A stretch of 64,000 bases of DNA, taken from positions 3,100,001 through 3,164,000 of the forward strand of contig JBHGNT010000014.1 in NCBI GenBank assembly GCA_043228905.1, read 5' to 3'. A model generated the notes under the pieces. That model did not search any database and was not told where the DNA came from. It worked only from the letters and a program-made list of their open reading frames with translations. The position numbers and the translations under genes were made by a program. Positions 1 to 13,157 of this stretch are shown in pieces (position 1 is the stretch's first letter; every line of letters begins with the position of its first letter). The DNA is from Azolla caroliniana. Its lineage: Eukaryota; Plantae; Polypodiophyta.

Positions 1-943
1 GGATATTTCAGCAGCTTTCTCACGGGCCTCGGCACAACTTCAACCAATGCAGGAGCATATGTGGTTTGGTTGCCTTACGAATGGCATGATGCTTTTTGTT
101 AAAAGAATTTTTGCTAACGGATGTATTTTTTATTTCCATATTGAACAGGACAATAAATTGCAACCTTATACACCCTCAAATAATTTACAATAGAACCTGC
201 TCGTTGCTCCAGTTAGGGTGATTGCCAAATCTAGTAAGAAATGGTTATTGGATCCACAACCATCCGTTGCTCTGGTTATATGTACGACAACCCAGCTAGT
301 AGGTTGATGTGGGACCCAAGGGGATGGACCAGTCCCATGACATTGCAGAAAGTTCCATTCTTTCAGTACACTGTGAAATTTGGCAAAACCTTACTCATGT
401 CTAAGAATATTCCAACTCCTACAGCTCAAAAGCACTGGAATAAGTGGGGTGTTTCAAACATTCATTTAAAGGCTTATTGAAAATGGATTTGATCTTTCAA
501 GGGACCAAGCAAAATTATATATTCTCTTCAAATGGCGTTTACTACATGCAGCACTACCAGTAGGTCAGTCATTGAGAGGAGATGTGCCAATCGTTCTTAG
601 ACAATGTTGTTATTGTAGTGACATGCAGAAAACTAGCAAAAATGCTCTCTGGTTATGCTCACTAGCCCAATAGGTATGGAATAAAGTTCTTTCTTTATTC
701 TTGGCAATTAATGCAGGTTGCCTCTTCTCTTGGGGATCAACGGTATGGGGGGTTCTCCATTCCAATCTCTTGTTATATGAGGCAGATGATGCTCGAGAGG
801 CTATGACAGTCATCAACGAGCATCTAATTTCTGTCTCCCCATTTTAGCAACATCGCAAGCAAATGCGTGTAGCGTAGCCCATGTATGGAAAACCGTATCT
901 ACGATTACATTATGGATCTTATGGAAGTATCGTTGTAAAAGAC

Positions 944-1292
944 GATATGATTCTATAATTCCTCTTCTCTCAGATATATTGCTTGAATTATGGGAGAGCT
1001 TATTGGTGGTAGTGTGTGGGCAATATGACAATATGCCAGGCTCTTCAGATGTTGTTCTTAAGAAAAAGAAAAAATTACTACAATTATGGAGGAAGTTGCC
1101 TCTATTCACAATAATTCCTCTCAGATATGATTCTATAATTCCTCTTCTCTCAGATATATTGCCGGAATTATGGGAGAGCTTATTGGTGGTAGTGTGTGGG
1201 CAATATGACAATATGCCAGGCTCTTCGGAGGTTGTTCTTAAGAAAAAGAAAAAATTACTACAGTTATGGAGGAAGTTGCCTCTATTCACAAT
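944..1292. repeat. Tandem duplication, ~180-bp unit x2, within probable decayed TE sequence
   Basis: GATATGATTCTATAATTCCTCTTCTCTCAGATATATTG...TTGCCTCTATTCACAAT occurs at ~944 and ~1124 with few substitutions. The overlapping ORFs repeat the same peptide twice. Confidence 0.9.
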
Positions 1293-4200
1293 CTCCTCTC
1301 AAAAACCGATATGGAAATATCATCACCCCTGGTCCTTGCCCTAACCATCTCTTTTGTATATAACACTTTTTTATTGTACATTTTGTAGCCTTCCATTCAT
1401 TCATGACCATAGATCTAATTTTAGATTTGTTTTGAATTGCACGCCAATGGCAATACAACATATGTGATAAAGATGTTGGGTTATGACTTTAGGGTATTGG
1501 TTTATGAATTCAACCAATTTGGATATTGGCCAAAGAAGAACGATAAGAAGTAGAGTACGAAGACTCGATCGTGATAAACAAATGCAAGCTACTTCAATAG
1601 GGAGGCACATGTGGGAGGATGTGTAGGTTCAATGGGGGTGAGCTTCGTGTTGCCTTCACGCACATTGTGAAGTGACACTAAAAAATATGGTCTACAATTT
1701 GTGACTGTATGATATCAATTGGAAAAGATCAAGTAGCTTAGAAAATGTGCACATTACAAATGTTTGTAATGTTGTAAATATTAATGTGCCATCTCACTAA
1801 GGCTAGAGAGGTACATAAAAAAGGTACATGCATCTCATCTTGTAATACTTGGCCCACAATAAATTTAGAGAGAGCTAAAGTGGAAAAGGCAACACATTAA
1901 GTAACTTACACCAATTGCGGAAGGTATAAATCGGGCTTACATAGGAGTATTGAGGATCCATTCTCGATTATTTATGAATTACTATTTGGGTTCTACTATC
2001 TATCTTGCATGTGATCTATCTATTATTAATCAATATTTCTTTTCTATTAGGTTTATACGATGCTAGGTTCACACCCATTGTATGTAATAAATAAAACTTT
2101 AATGCTACTTTATACATGGGCATGAGTAAATGAACACTAGTTCAACTCATTTTCCAAAACTTAATTATCACTTGAAAAAACATTATAACATTAATTAACA
2201 ACTGAACATCTTGATCTCCAAGTTTAAAATTGAAATTTGTCCAAAGTTACTCTCGTTACCAAAATTAGAAACCATATGATTAAGCATAGATATTTTTATA
2301 ACTTTCCAATTTTTATATTTTCAACCATGTACAATTAAGATATTTGGTTGTAAATAATAAAAACCTAATGACCTATACTACTCTTTAGCAGTATAGGTAG
2401 TAGTCTCTTTAGCAGGCGGCATGATCAATACATTTGTTGTGAGTTGTGCAGCCTCATTGTATAGCCTTTTTTGTAAATAACTCTCCTAATCAATGGGAAA
2501 GTAGCAAAGAAAAAAAAAAGATGGTTTCAAGATTATTCTAATAAAAATTTAACTTCTTATTTAAAATAATTACCGAAAGTAACTATTTTGTTGCATTTGG
2601 CAAAGTTATCAAAAGTGGAATTGCCTTTTGACAGTTTGGCATAGGGTTATAATTTATTAGGAGCATATTTCATCACATAACGACATCAAGGTTAGGCACG
2701 GAAATGGAGAAAAAGGGAAGTTTCACACTTTATATGTGTTTCAAGATTTATAGAAGGAAGTTGAATAAAAAATCTAGCCTCATGTTGTACATTGGTAATT
2801 AATGGTTGTTAGGCGCCCACTCTGCAACCCATCCAGTTGTTGAGGGACTCACATAGCGGCATACCTTTTACCAAATGATTGAATGTGATACACAAAGAGT
2901 TTCAACTTCAAGTATAAAATAATCAAGCAAGTAGTACCGAAACACTTCATTCCAAGGATAGTGACATTCTAAGGTATTGGACTTTATATTTCAATTTTCA
3001 ACTATTATTTAACTACAAGGGTTCATTCTCTTACAAAACCGTTGCATATTCCTACTTTTAGGTTAACCTAGCACTTGTAGAAGTAATGTCAAATTTTTAC
3101 GATTTTCTTCTTTTGACAGCCCTAAACAACTCGTTCTAGCACTCTTGACAACCACCTTCATTTATAATGACTGATATTAAATGGTACTACTGCACATTAA
3201 CTTTCACATTCTTGATATATATCGTGAGTTGATTGAGTGTTATGCACGGATGTTGGTTGGTTAAGGAAAGCCAATATGAAAGCAACTTATGCGTGTCTAA
3301 TTTGATCAATGTCTCTTTTGAAGAGACCATGTAATTAGAATTAGTTAAAAGAAAGTACCTTTCCCAAAAGTATTGTAGCGAGATCGTTATTGTTCCAGAA
3401 TTTCTTACATGCATGTGCATATTCCTATGAAACCAACGTATAAACAAAGAAACCAAAGATGAATAAAGCTCTTTTGGCAAATAATGTTCTTCCACGATTT
3501 TAATGCCTCCTCTTAAAGTTCCTCGTATCTTCACTCCGAGAAGCATTAATGAACGTTTTCGTTACTCCCGAGGGGCTCATTAGCTATGAATCTTGCATTA
3601 TACTTCATTTGTCTAGATGTACTTCTTGTGAATATAAATGGTGGGGAGTAAAGGATAAGAAACCAATATGAGAGCCTTGTGTGTTCTCCAACACTCTATA
3701 GAGAATAAAGTCATGGGTTACAAGACGAACAAGATAATAGTGTAAGGTACCAATAAACATGACAAGGTTCCAACACCTAGCCATGTGAGGGGGCTAAACC
3801 GATACATTCACTATTAAGAGATCTCGATTTTTAAAAAATATTTAACAATCTCAAAGCTTTCCAAAAGTCTTGCATTATCTCCATCTTACATCCAACAAAA
3901 TCTTATGACCCAACGCAATTTTGAAATCCATTCAGATCTAGGGGAAATGTAAACATATCACATTCTACTCGTTCAATGGAAGAGTTTAACAACATAAGCA
4001 ACTAAATTTTAATGTGCATTATTTTGTAAGTCCACTCATTTTCTAATGGAGTCATTTTGCCTCATGGCAAATGCTCTCAATGCTTAAGCCAAAGCAACAA
4101 TTTGTATGTGTACAGGGTGAGGAAATGCACACACGATGCCACGAGCCCAATTTCACACACGTAGAGCTATGGATTAGGATAAATACCACACTACATTTCG

Positions 4201-4597
4201 CTCAGCGATAAAACCTCTTAAGTGTTTAAATTTCTAGTTTCTTAGTGAAACCCTGCATGTATCTTGGACATTTATGTTAATATCTTACAAAAACCACTAG
4301 GAAAGGGTTCTCTCTCGCTCGCTCTATACACAAATGATCGATCAAAAAATCAATCGAAATGTGATGATGCAATCTCTTCGATCAAGAGAAGGTTTTTTAA
4401 AGAAATATCAAGGTAACTTATAGACCACTAGGACCAATTTGGTAGTCATAAGTTCTTCCCATTTCTTCGTCTTCATTCCTTCGTTGGGCCATACATAATT
4501 TCAGATAGCACGAGACTTTCTAACGAGATAGAGAACTTATTATCATTTTATATTAAATTGCGGCATTCCATTGTCAATCGGGGTCATGTTTTGAACA

Positions 4598-4600
4598 CAC

Positions 4601-4631
<31 letters not shown>

Positions 4632-4653
4632 CATACATACATACATACATACA

Positions 4654-4685
<32 letters not shown>

Positions 4686-4688
4686 CAA

Positions 4689-4719
<31 letters not shown>

Positions 4720-4790
4720 CATACATCCATCTATACATACATACAATGCATCCATGCATCCATCTATACATACATACATACATACATACA
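4598..4790. repeat. (TACA)n microsatellite
   Basis: Directly visible imperfect tetranucleotide array, which generates spurious HTYI/MYVC ORFs. Confidence 0.95.
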
Positions 4791-5170
4791 TTGTGGACGG
4801 GCGGGCGGACAAATGCGGGAGCATCGCGTCCGAAACCGGGCCTTACAAGTCATTAAGGCTGAGCTAGTACTGTGATATTTATTAATTGGGTGGTTGGTTG
4901 AGTGCAATCCATCCATTGAAAGATAAAAGGTAAAGGTAAAGATCAATCCAATCATTACCCATGGAGTGCTGACCTTGTCTCTATATTAGCCCTTCTTTGA
5001 TTGGAGGTGTCTAAGAAAAAAAGCACTCAAAATTTCAATCCCATCAGATTGATTACCTCTAAGATCCAAATCCAAACTGCAGTCTTCTCAATCTCAGTGT
5101 CGCCCCTCTTGCCCATGAGGAATTAGGGCTAATTCTGCAGACACTGGTATGGTATGGTGTGGTGGGGATT

Positions 5171-7302
5171 ATGGATCATGCATTCATGAATAACATGAAT
5201 GTGCATCTCCTCCAACACACACTCAGAAGCTTGTGTGCAACTAGCAGTAGCAATGCCAATCTGAATGAGAAGAAGATGAAGATGAAGAAGAAGAAGAAGA
5301 AGAAGAAGAAGAATCGCCATTGGAATGGTAACATGATCAATAAGAACAAGGATGAGGATATGAAGCAATCTTCTTCTTCATGGGTTTACTCTGTCTTCTG
5401 GAGAATCCTGCCACGGAATTATCCACCTCCCAAGTAATATGCGTATGTTATGTGAATTAATGGTGCTGCATTTGATCCAGAAATTTACCTTTTTGTGCTA
5501 TACTACCATACAGGTGGGATGAAGCAGCCTCAGGGCCGGTGCCCTTCAATGAGAGGACCAAAGGCAACAAAAGGAATTGGTATATAACTTCCCTTCCTGC
5601 AGATGGATGGATTGAAGCCGGAGTTCTGTGTTTGTGTTTGTGTTGATGCTGCAGGTTCCATGGCTCATGATTTTGATGGTGCAGGATTCTGGTATGGGAG
5701 GATGGCTACTGTGACTTTGTTGCATGCAGCAGAAGAAGAAGAGAGGCTGGAGATGACGATGATAGTGATGGTGATGGTGATGGCGATGGTGATGATAGTG
5801 ATGGTGATGGCGATGATAGTGATGGTGATGGTGATGGCGATGGCGATTGTGAGAGTCTGCAGCCTGAGCTCTTCTTCAAGATGTCTCATGATGTCTACAG
5901 CTATGGCGAAGGGTACATAGCTTATTGCCACTATCGATCGGATCTGCATTAGTGTTGAATCCATGCTGCGCAGGGTGTCGCCATAGCTAAAGCTGGTAGT
6001 AGTATGTTAACGCATCAAAGTAATTTAAATCTGACTCGAATTCTGCACAGGATTATGGGTAAAGTTGCATCAGAGAACGGCCACAAATGGATCTTCAACA
6101 GGCTTCAAGATGATGACGATCAGCGGAAGAATACGCAGGCTGCTTCCATCCTTGCAGGAGGGGGATCACCGTGGCAAGCTTCCATGGAAGCTGTGAGTAA
6201 ATCTGGTCTTGCAGGCTTTTTTTTTTTTCTAGCATTATTATATTGCATCATCAATTATACCTATCACTAATCTCGCACTAAAATTTTATTGCTCTGCGTT
6301 TTCTTCTTCTTTTTCAAATTGGATGGCATCCATGGCTGGCTGCATCATAAAAAAAAAAACAAAGTATCCAAGAACATGGGAGGCCCAATTCAAAGCAGGA
6401 ATACAGGTAAAAAAATAATCCGTTTTTTTTTTCTTGTGTGATGTGATTAGAGAGAGAGAGAGAGGGTGAACAAACAAAATGTGATTTGTGGAAGGTGCAA
6501 AATTTTAAAACAAAAAACAAAAATGCAGCAGCGCAAGGATTGTGATGTGATGAGTAGAAAGGATTTTTAGGGTTTATTACAAGGTTTTTTAGGGTTTGAA
6601 TTCTTTTTGCAGACCATAGCCATAATTGCTGTTGGGGAAGGGGGGCTGCTGCAGCTGGGCTCCACACAGAAGGTGGGGGCTGTTTTAATTAATTAATTAA
6701 TAATATTTTTTGGTGAAGGCTTATTTATATAACAATCGGTTGCTGTTAAGCATTTGCTGTGTGGAATTTGAAAACTTTTTTGCATTCATTCAAAATGGCG
6801 ATGGCGATGGCGATGGCGATGGCGATGGCGGAGTGGTGCAAAACAGGTGGCGGAAGATGTGGATTATGTGGTGAGGGTGCAGAGGAGGTTCCATTACCTC
6901 ATGCGGAGCATCTTAGCAGGAGCAGGAGCAGGAACAGGAGGTGGCCTGTTCTTATTCCGCCATTCTCCGCCGCTTCTTCTTCCTCCTACGCCGCCGCCGC
7001 CGCCGCCGCCGGTCTATCCTCCCCATGGCCGCCATAGCCAGGAGGAGCAGAAGAAGAAGAAGAAGAAACAGAAGAAGGAAGAGGAGGAGGAGAAGAAGAA
7101 AGAAGAAGAAGAAGAAGAGGAGGAGGAGGAGGAGAGTGGGATGATGAAGAAGAGGCGGCGGCGGCGGATGGGCGGCGGCCATTCTCCGCCGCCGCCGCCC
7201 ATTTCGTCGAGCCTGCAGGCGCTGCTCTCGAAGCTGCCGGCCGTCCGTCCGCCGCCGCCGCGGCTCCTCCTCCGTTTCACACCTGACGGACAACTCATAT
7301 GA
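5171..7302 (+). CDS. bHLH-MYC N-terminal-domain protein, RICE SALT SENSITIVE 3 / At5g53900-like. Exons 5171-5433, 5514-5579, 5685-5912, 6051-6192, 6365-6406, 6613-6672, 6847-7302
   Basis: The spliced translation gives the family motifs HLLQHTLRSLC, WVYSVFWRILPRNYPPPKWD, RTKGNKRNWILVWEDGYCDF, LQPELFFKMSHDVYSYGEGIMGKVASENGHKWIF, YPRTWEAQFKAGIQTIAIIAVGEGGLLQLGSTQKVAED. All introns are GT-AG and phase-consistent. Confidence 0.9.
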
Positions 7303-8531
7303 ACCAACAAAATTTACAAACCACAAAATCCAAAATCCAAATTCACATTTATTATGTGTATTTATGTACTTACTTATTATGGAACTATTTTTCCCCAAGA
7401 CCCCCCCCCCCCCCCAAAAGCAAACAATTAACAACAAATGCACTGAAACTAAAATCCACCTCCTTGGTAGCTAGCTACCTCTCTCTAATTACCGATTTTA
7501 CCAAATCCTTTCAAAGGCATGTATCCTTTTTTCAAACATGCTTTACTCCCCATCCCAACAAACCATTTGAACATGGACTTTCTCCAACCCCTTTTCTTTT
7601 GTTATGTCTATTGGTAAATAATCGGACAATTAATCTAATGTAATTGTGAATCATAGTATGGAACCATACGTGCACTTTTTTTTTTTTCCGCATTCGAGAA
7701 TGTTTCAATCATTCGAGAGTATGGTGAACACCACCCTCGAAGTATGCTAAAAACTTTCGATGCTTCCCATGTGTACAAGGTCCTATCCTTGTTGTTTTGA
7801 CACCAAGAAAGAGTGAGAGAACCCCATGGTGCATTTTGTGACGTTAAGATCTCCCCTTTTGTTTGTACCACCCCAAAGAAAGTGACATTTTAATCATCTT
7901 AACATCAATATGTATGTACATACATTGTGTGTAAATGCGCTCTTCCACTGGGCATTTCGAGAAAGAAATCGCATGTCTTGTCACTATACATGTCAAGCTA
8001 TATACATATATAATATATGAAGTTGTAAAAGCAAGGTGGCCTCTATTTTGGATGGGCGAACTTTGCATACATATATATACATATGGTACATGACTCAAAT
8101 GCAAAGTAATAACAACAAAACTTTAGGGCGGCGTGAATTAAGTGTAGGATCGAATACATAAAACATGTGGTAACACTAGCACCACACTAGAGGTTGGAAT
8201 TATTCATGTAATGGAATGGAATAGTGGTGCTTAAAAACAAAGTAGAAATATATTCCATGTATACATACAAACTTACATACACACCTACAACCATGCATGC
8301 ATACATGCATACATATCTATATGTATATAATTATATTTATATACATACAAATGTACATAACAAAACAATGCATACATACATGCATGCAATTCAGATTGAA
8401 AGGAAGGAGAAGGGCATTTCCCGAAATTAAGAAAAATTCAAATTCGGTATTTTTCCCGCCTCTCTTTCTCTGTCTGCGTCTGCGTCTGCGTCTGCAGAGG
8501 AGAGGAGAGGAAAGGGAAAGGATCATCAGCG

Positions 8532-11500
8532 ATGGAGAGCGAAGCTTCTCACCGGTCCTCTGTCTCTGTTTCTGCTCCCGCTTCTGTTTATTCTCGTGTG
8601 CTCCAGCAGCTAGACATCTCCGTGAAGAGCCACAATCGATACATCTCCAATACTTATGCTGCCATCGAGGAGACGCGATCTCTCTGTCAATTCATCAACA
8701 CCCAAGGAGAAGGTAACGCAGACGCCATCTCTCTGTCGATCGCTCTCCCTCTCATACAGCATGGAGCTTTTCATTAACATTTCCTCCTTTTCTGCAAGTG
8801 TTTCTTGAACTTTTTTTGTTGCCATGTCTTCTCTGTGTTATTCTTTCCATGATCGGAGAAAACACTTGATCTTTGCATTGCCTTTTCCTAGACTTCAAGT
8901 GTTCCCTGAATCATCTCGATGCAAAAGCTCTTCTGGTTCCATTTTTTCATGCTTAGAAGATATAAGGTTTCCTTGAAAGTTTTCTTATTTCAAGTCTACC
9001 TGCGCGATTCCCAAACGTTTTCGAAATTATTTACGCTCAGGAAAAACGAGACTTTCCTTGAACCTTTTCGTTGTCTTCTTCTTCCTCTTCAATCCTTTAC
9101 ACGTTTCGTGATTTCATATTTTTTTATGCGACATTTCAGTCTGTTTCTAAACCTAAGGCTTTCTGTTTCTATTCTCTGCAATTGCAGAAAAAGTGAAGAA
9201 CCTTAAAGAGCACTTGAAGCAGATGCATCTGGAGAAGAAAGGTATATTTCTTAACGAAAGAAATCAACTAAAGTATTGTTGAATGTTTTTGTTTGGATGA
9301 TTAATGTACCATAATCCTCATTGTATGTTGTGATTCTCTTTTCTAATGGAAATTCATGTTGCTGTGCTGTGAGCAAAATTCGTTTTGTATGTTGCCATGT
9401 GTGCTTTAAATGGAATTCTTCTAGGTGATGTTGCTATGCTTGCTTTAAATGTAATGCTTGATGTTTGTGTTGCTATTCAGTTCAAGTGGAGAAAGAGGAA
9501 GAGCACAGTGCTCTGCGTAATATTCTAGGATCGCTCAACAACAAGACACTTGAACTTGAGAAGAGTATCATGGGGCTATCAGATGTCAAAAAACGGCAAG
9601 AGGAGCTCATTGATATGCAGTTATCTGGTATGTTGGATGCTAAATCCTCTGAATCAAAGAATCCATGGCTTATATAGGACAGCAGGGTTTTATATAAACC
9701 TAGTTTTTATGCATAGGAGAAAGTTTTAAGTTAAAATGAAGTCTTAAGTTTTCATCTATTATATGATGGGGTTTTGTCTTAGTTTTTCTTTTCCTTGGTC
9801 TCTTCAAGGTGGTACTTTCAGTTTTAATTTTGCAAATTTATATTCTTCCCGTCAGGTTGGTACTGGTTTTAATATGCAAATTTGCAGGGAAATTAGAGAT
9901 ACATCTGAAAGTGAAATACATATTTGTTGTTTTAGTGTTTCTTGCACTCTGCTCTAGGTTTGACATAGTTAAAATGGGTTCATGATAAAATCAAAGCTAT
10001 GGAGGAAATTCCAGATGAAAATGAGTAGGAGGCAGCCTTTGTCGTCAGAATTTGTATTTGGGGGAAAGAGCATAAACGCTCAGTCAATTTGCTTTTCTCT
10101 GTTCTGTTTTATTCCTAGAAGGTGTCCTGGGTTGGCTCCCTACATCCCAAATGCTTTAATATTGGTATTTATGATTGAACCCTTACACTAGATTCCTAAA
10201 AGATATGGTCTCATATCACATCTGATGCAACTTGTAAATGTTTACATAGCAGACATGATCTCATAGCATGGTGTCCAATGCAACTATTGTAACTGCATCC
10301 ATAATGCGTGGGAAAATTTGCCAAAATGTAGATAGCGTAACCAAAACCATGAATTTGACTAGTTTTAATCCATGAATCCAGTTGAAGATACGAGAAAACA
10401 CTGGGATATCTACATGAATTCTGTGGAGAATTAACATATTTATACCTCTTTCATGAGTATTTTCAACCTGTGACTTTAAATATTTGCTGCACTTATTAAT
10501 GAACGAGGGCAACTTCTCCCTGAATGCTAATAATGGCTTACTGAAAATAAACGCAGAGTTGAAATTATTTTGGCTAAGCTTCATATTTCATTTTGATACT
10601 GCAGAATTATATCTTAAGAGAAAATTAGGGGGTAAAAATGTCCTCACCAATATATTTCCTCTGCAAACGTTTTCATTCCCTCATGCCACCTTTTCGTGCT
10701 GAGGCTCAGGATTGTACATATAAAAGTTAATGATTTGTATTCAGTTCTATTTCGTGGGTACCATCTGTCATTATGGAAATGAATGTATCTTATAAACCTC
10801 TACAATAAAGTCTTAGGCTGTGAATTAAGGTAGTTATTTTTTGTCACATGCGTTACTACTCTTTGCATTATTTCATCACTTGTTTAGAGAAGGTTTTGTT
10901 ATGTCATGGACATCAGAACCAAGATTTGTGAGCCAGCTTGGAGATTTTGGTATTTCTTACTTGATATGAGGGCAAAAGTAGTGAATATACCTTGACATAT
11001 TGATCACATGTTTAAATGCTGGATATGTGCGTACTCTTCATGGATTCTTGTGTCTGAACAGATGCTCATTTCATGCATTCGATCATGTAGGGTGTATGTC
11101 TTCTAACATTTCCTTGTCAGTCATCTACTAAACTCTAAAAATACAATCACTCATTTTCATTAATGCTACAGTAGACGTACTCATTTGAACAAATTTCTAT
11201 TTAGGGTTTTCCACATAGGGCAGCTCTTTGGTTGCTGCTTCAGTTTTAACTAGAATTTATTATGCTACACCATTCCATAAAACTAAAATTTTCTATGTCT
11301 TATGTTTCGATTGGAAACATGTCACAGAGATCGAGTCCTCATTTGAAGAGAAAAAAGGGAAAAATGACCTACTGCTTGACAGTATTCTTTGGTTTGAAAG
11401 AAACCTTGGGTTTCGAGTTAAACACACAAAGAATAATGGTATGTTGATATGAGTTGTTACCTATTGCATTCATATGATCTATATGCAAATGTAACTATCC

Positions 11501-11544
11501 TTTTTTTCAGGTCTGTGGATAATCTTGACAAAGGTGCTGCCTAA
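8532..11544 (+). CDS. Uncharacterised ~160-aa coiled-coil-like protein. Exons 8532-8712, 9188-9241, 9481-9627, 11328-11391, 11511-11544; the last exon is uncertain
   Basis: The ATG follows a CT-rich 5' UTR. Four GT-AG introns join in phase to give MESEASHRSS...FINTQGE|EKVKNLKEHLKQMHLEKK|VQVEKEEEHSALRNILGSLNNKTLELEKS...DMQLS|EIESSFEEKKGKNDLLLDSILW|SVDNLDK. The family is not recognised. Confidence 0.65.
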
Positions 11545-11861
11545 TGATTTAGAACGGGAGTTTTCTTTTAGCATACACCATGATCAACAATATACATGTA
11601 AATACATTTCTTTATTTGTCTTCACTTATGGAATGAAACGAGTGATGCTGTTTATCCTTAGAATTGATATTCTTGGATTTCTTCCAGTTGGATTTCTAAC
11701 AAATGGTTGTTCATTCTTGATTAACATCACACCCTGTCTGTTCTTGCAATTAGATTTCTCCTCTTTGACATTTAATATATTTGTAATGCATGGTTGTCTC
11801 TTTTCCTTGCAAAGTGGGCTTGATTGTAATCTGTTTTTTTACATAGATGGACTCGATTTGG

Positions 11862-11980
11862 TTTTTGGCCAGTACATATTTGTATAGTATTTAGGCATAA
11901 GAAACTTGGTTAGGATTTATCTTTTGGCCAGAACATATTTGTATAGTATTTAGGCATAAGAAACTTGGTTAGGATTTATC
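11862..11980. repeat. ~59-bp tandem duplication
   Basis: TTTTGGCCAG(T)ACATATTTGTATAGTATTTAGGCATAAGAAACTTGGTTAGGATTTATC occurs twice. Confidence 0.9.
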
Positions 11981-12076
11981 TGGACTTTCCATTACATGAA
12001 ACTTTAGATTCTAGATGAAGGAATTCTCATTTAATTCATAATCACTCATGTAATGTTTTGGCAGTGTTGGAATGTA

Positions 12077-12330
12077 ACCCTGCTATGGGTGGTACAAAAG
12101 ATCTTCTCAAAGAGCTCAATCGAACAAATGACTTGTCCAAATTCATCTTTGACATGCGCAATATGTTTAGGAAGGAGTTTACATAGTAAAAAGACTCAAG
12201 AATTACCCTGCTATGGGTGGTACTAAAGCTCTTCTCAAAGACCCCGATAGGACAAATGACTTGTTGAAGTTCGTCTTTGATGTCTGCAATATATTTCAAA
12301 AGGAGCTTATGTGATCGATAAACTCAAGAT
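12077..12330. repeat. Diverged ~128-bp tandem duplication
   Basis: CCCTGCTATGGGTGGTAC...CTTCTCAAAGA...AAATGACTTGT...GCAATAT...AAGGAG...ACTCAAGA occurs twice. Confidence 0.8.
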
Positions 12331-13157
12331 GTATTATTGTACACTATCTATCCCTTTGGACTAGGGTAACACATTCTCCCCATATATACCGGGTGTATCC
12401 TAACCCTTCCTTGTACATGGGAGTAGATTATTGTTTGTTTTCGAGGTTTAGATATTTATGATGGCGTTCTTTGTAAAACTAGATGATTATGAGAATCTCT
12501 CTGTTCTTACCAGATCAATGGTTTGTGTGCCATGATGAAAGGTGTGGTGACCCATTGCATTCATGGGTTCTAAGAGGATGGATATTCAAAGGGTATAGTA
12601 CTCAAGGAAGAGCTTTGAAGGAAGTAGGAAATAGATTTTGGTACAAAATTGTGGTGCATTGTGCTTTATTTTATGAACAGGATAACGGTGCTGATTAATG
12701 CTAATTTGAACGAATTCCAAAGCATCAGGCATTTTAATATCTCTATTTGTTACTTGATAATGTAGAAGCCATTGCTCACTCAGTGACTAGAAAGACCAGT
12801 TCCACATGTTGGTACAATCAACATCACTTGATCAAGCATTCATCATCCCCCGTTTAACCAGGGCTGCACGTCCTCCACTCTCCCTGCCCTTGGTTGCATA
12901 TTTGTGCTGAAACTCTGAAGCTTTGATGCAATGATAAATTGCGTGGCATAATCTGTGCTGGATGTAAACCAACCTACATCGACTCAAAATGCAAGAAATT
13001 GATAATCTTATATTTTGAGAGCAGTTTGTGAGATTTAGAAGAGATGATTGAATGGAGATGTGTGCTTGCGTGATATTTGAAAGGGTTTTGCCCCCATGAA
13101 ATTTTGAGGGTTAAGATGCTTGGATATGCTTAGTCCCAATCCAATCAGTCAAAGGAT

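Noticed and set aside
1676-4500. Possible CACTA element starting CACTAAAAAA at 1676
   Set aside because: No matching terminal TAGTG with a 3-bp TSD and no recognisable transposase motif were found.
4543-4955. ORFs of HTYI/MYVC repeats
   Set aside because: These are translations of a (TACA)n microsatellite.
12530-12695. C/D-box snoRNA (ATGATGA...CTGA)
   Set aside because: The spacing is long, and I could not identify a terminal stem or rRNA guide.
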